Positions 63,760 to 64,000 of a stretch of DNA of 64,000 nucleotides are shown here, piece by piece. Location of the stretch: positions 75,498-139,497 of the forward strand of contig CAWFEX010000016.1 of the NCBI GenBank assembly GCA_963814955.1, in the 5' to 3' direction. The DNA comes from an uncultured Acidobacteriota bacterium (GTDB taxonomy: Bacteria > Acidobacteriota > Vicinamibacteria > Vicinamibacterales > UBA2999). Each line of letters begins with the position of its first letter. Within the stretch, counting starts at the first letter, position 1. The notes below the pieces were generated by a model. That model saw only the letters and a program-made list of their open reading frames with translations, searched no databases and was not told the origin of the DNA. The translations under genes and the position numbers were made by a program.

Positions 63760-64000
63760 ATGCAGGAAGTCCCCAAACGGATCAAACGCTTAGTCCGAGA
63801 ATGGGCGGGGATCGCTCACGATCGCGATTTGCGCAAAGCCCTCAGCGAGCTCCGCGTGCAATTCAATCGATGGGATCGTGGCGAAATTGATTCGTTCGAG
63901 CTCAACGAGCTCGTGCATCGATTCCATCGTACACTGCGCGGGACATTTGGAAAAGATACGCGACGACACACCTTGAGCCGGCGATCGCATCAGCGGTTGC
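63760..64000 (+). CDS. Putative first integron cassette ORF, hypothetical helical protein (runs off the window)
   Basis: MQEVPKRIKRLVREWAGIAHDRDLRKALSELRVQFNRWDRGEIDSFELNELVHRFH...; open to the window end, possible indel near 63930. Confidence 0.65.
   Translation, partial: MQEVPKRIKRLVREWAGIAHDRDLRKALSELRVQFNRWDRGEIDSFELNELVHRFHRTLRGTFGKDTRRHTLSRRSHQRL

Noticed and set aside
1-64000. About 19 frameshifted genes as mass pseudogenisation or programmed frameshifting
   Set aside because: Single-base indels are scattered across unrelated genes with no in-frame stops or decay noticed. This is typical of unpolished long-read assembly; it needs read polishing to confirm.

Overview
High-GC bacterial window; the gene families and repeat content point to an Acidobacteriota (Vicinamibacteria-like) genome, which is an inference. 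About 19 genes carry isolated single-base frameshifts, most likely long-read assembly indels. Layout: (1) 1-7.7 kb has an MFS transporter, an ABC ATPase, a four-helix-bundle (bAvd/IVS-like) gene between inverted heptamer arrays, a beta-hydroxyacid dehydrogenase, an Oar-like TonB-dependent receptor and a secreted methyltransferase-like protein. (2) 7.7-13.5 kb is a glycan-modification cluster. (3) 13.8-57.3 kb is a ~43 kb locus of almost entirely exported proteins: 5 closely paralogous Oar-like TonB-dependent receptors, 7 DUF6152 proteins whose predicted mature N-terminus is His-His, ~13 paralogs of an unnamed secreted 'DGRxHP..P.W.GHSIG.W..DTLV' family, 2 PufC-like diheme cytochromes c and several accessory periplasmic proteins. 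This locus is the best candidate for an undescribed system. (4) 57.6-62 kb has a PaoABC-like Tat-exported molybdoenzyme and a pentapeptide-repeat gene. (5) 62.2-64 kb has a recombinase remnant and an integron integrase whose attI-like site and first cassette lie downstream of its 3' end (reverse integron). Several REP-like palindrome families are scattered throughout, some nested and some translated inside signal peptides. No rRNA, tRNA or CRISPR array was seen.
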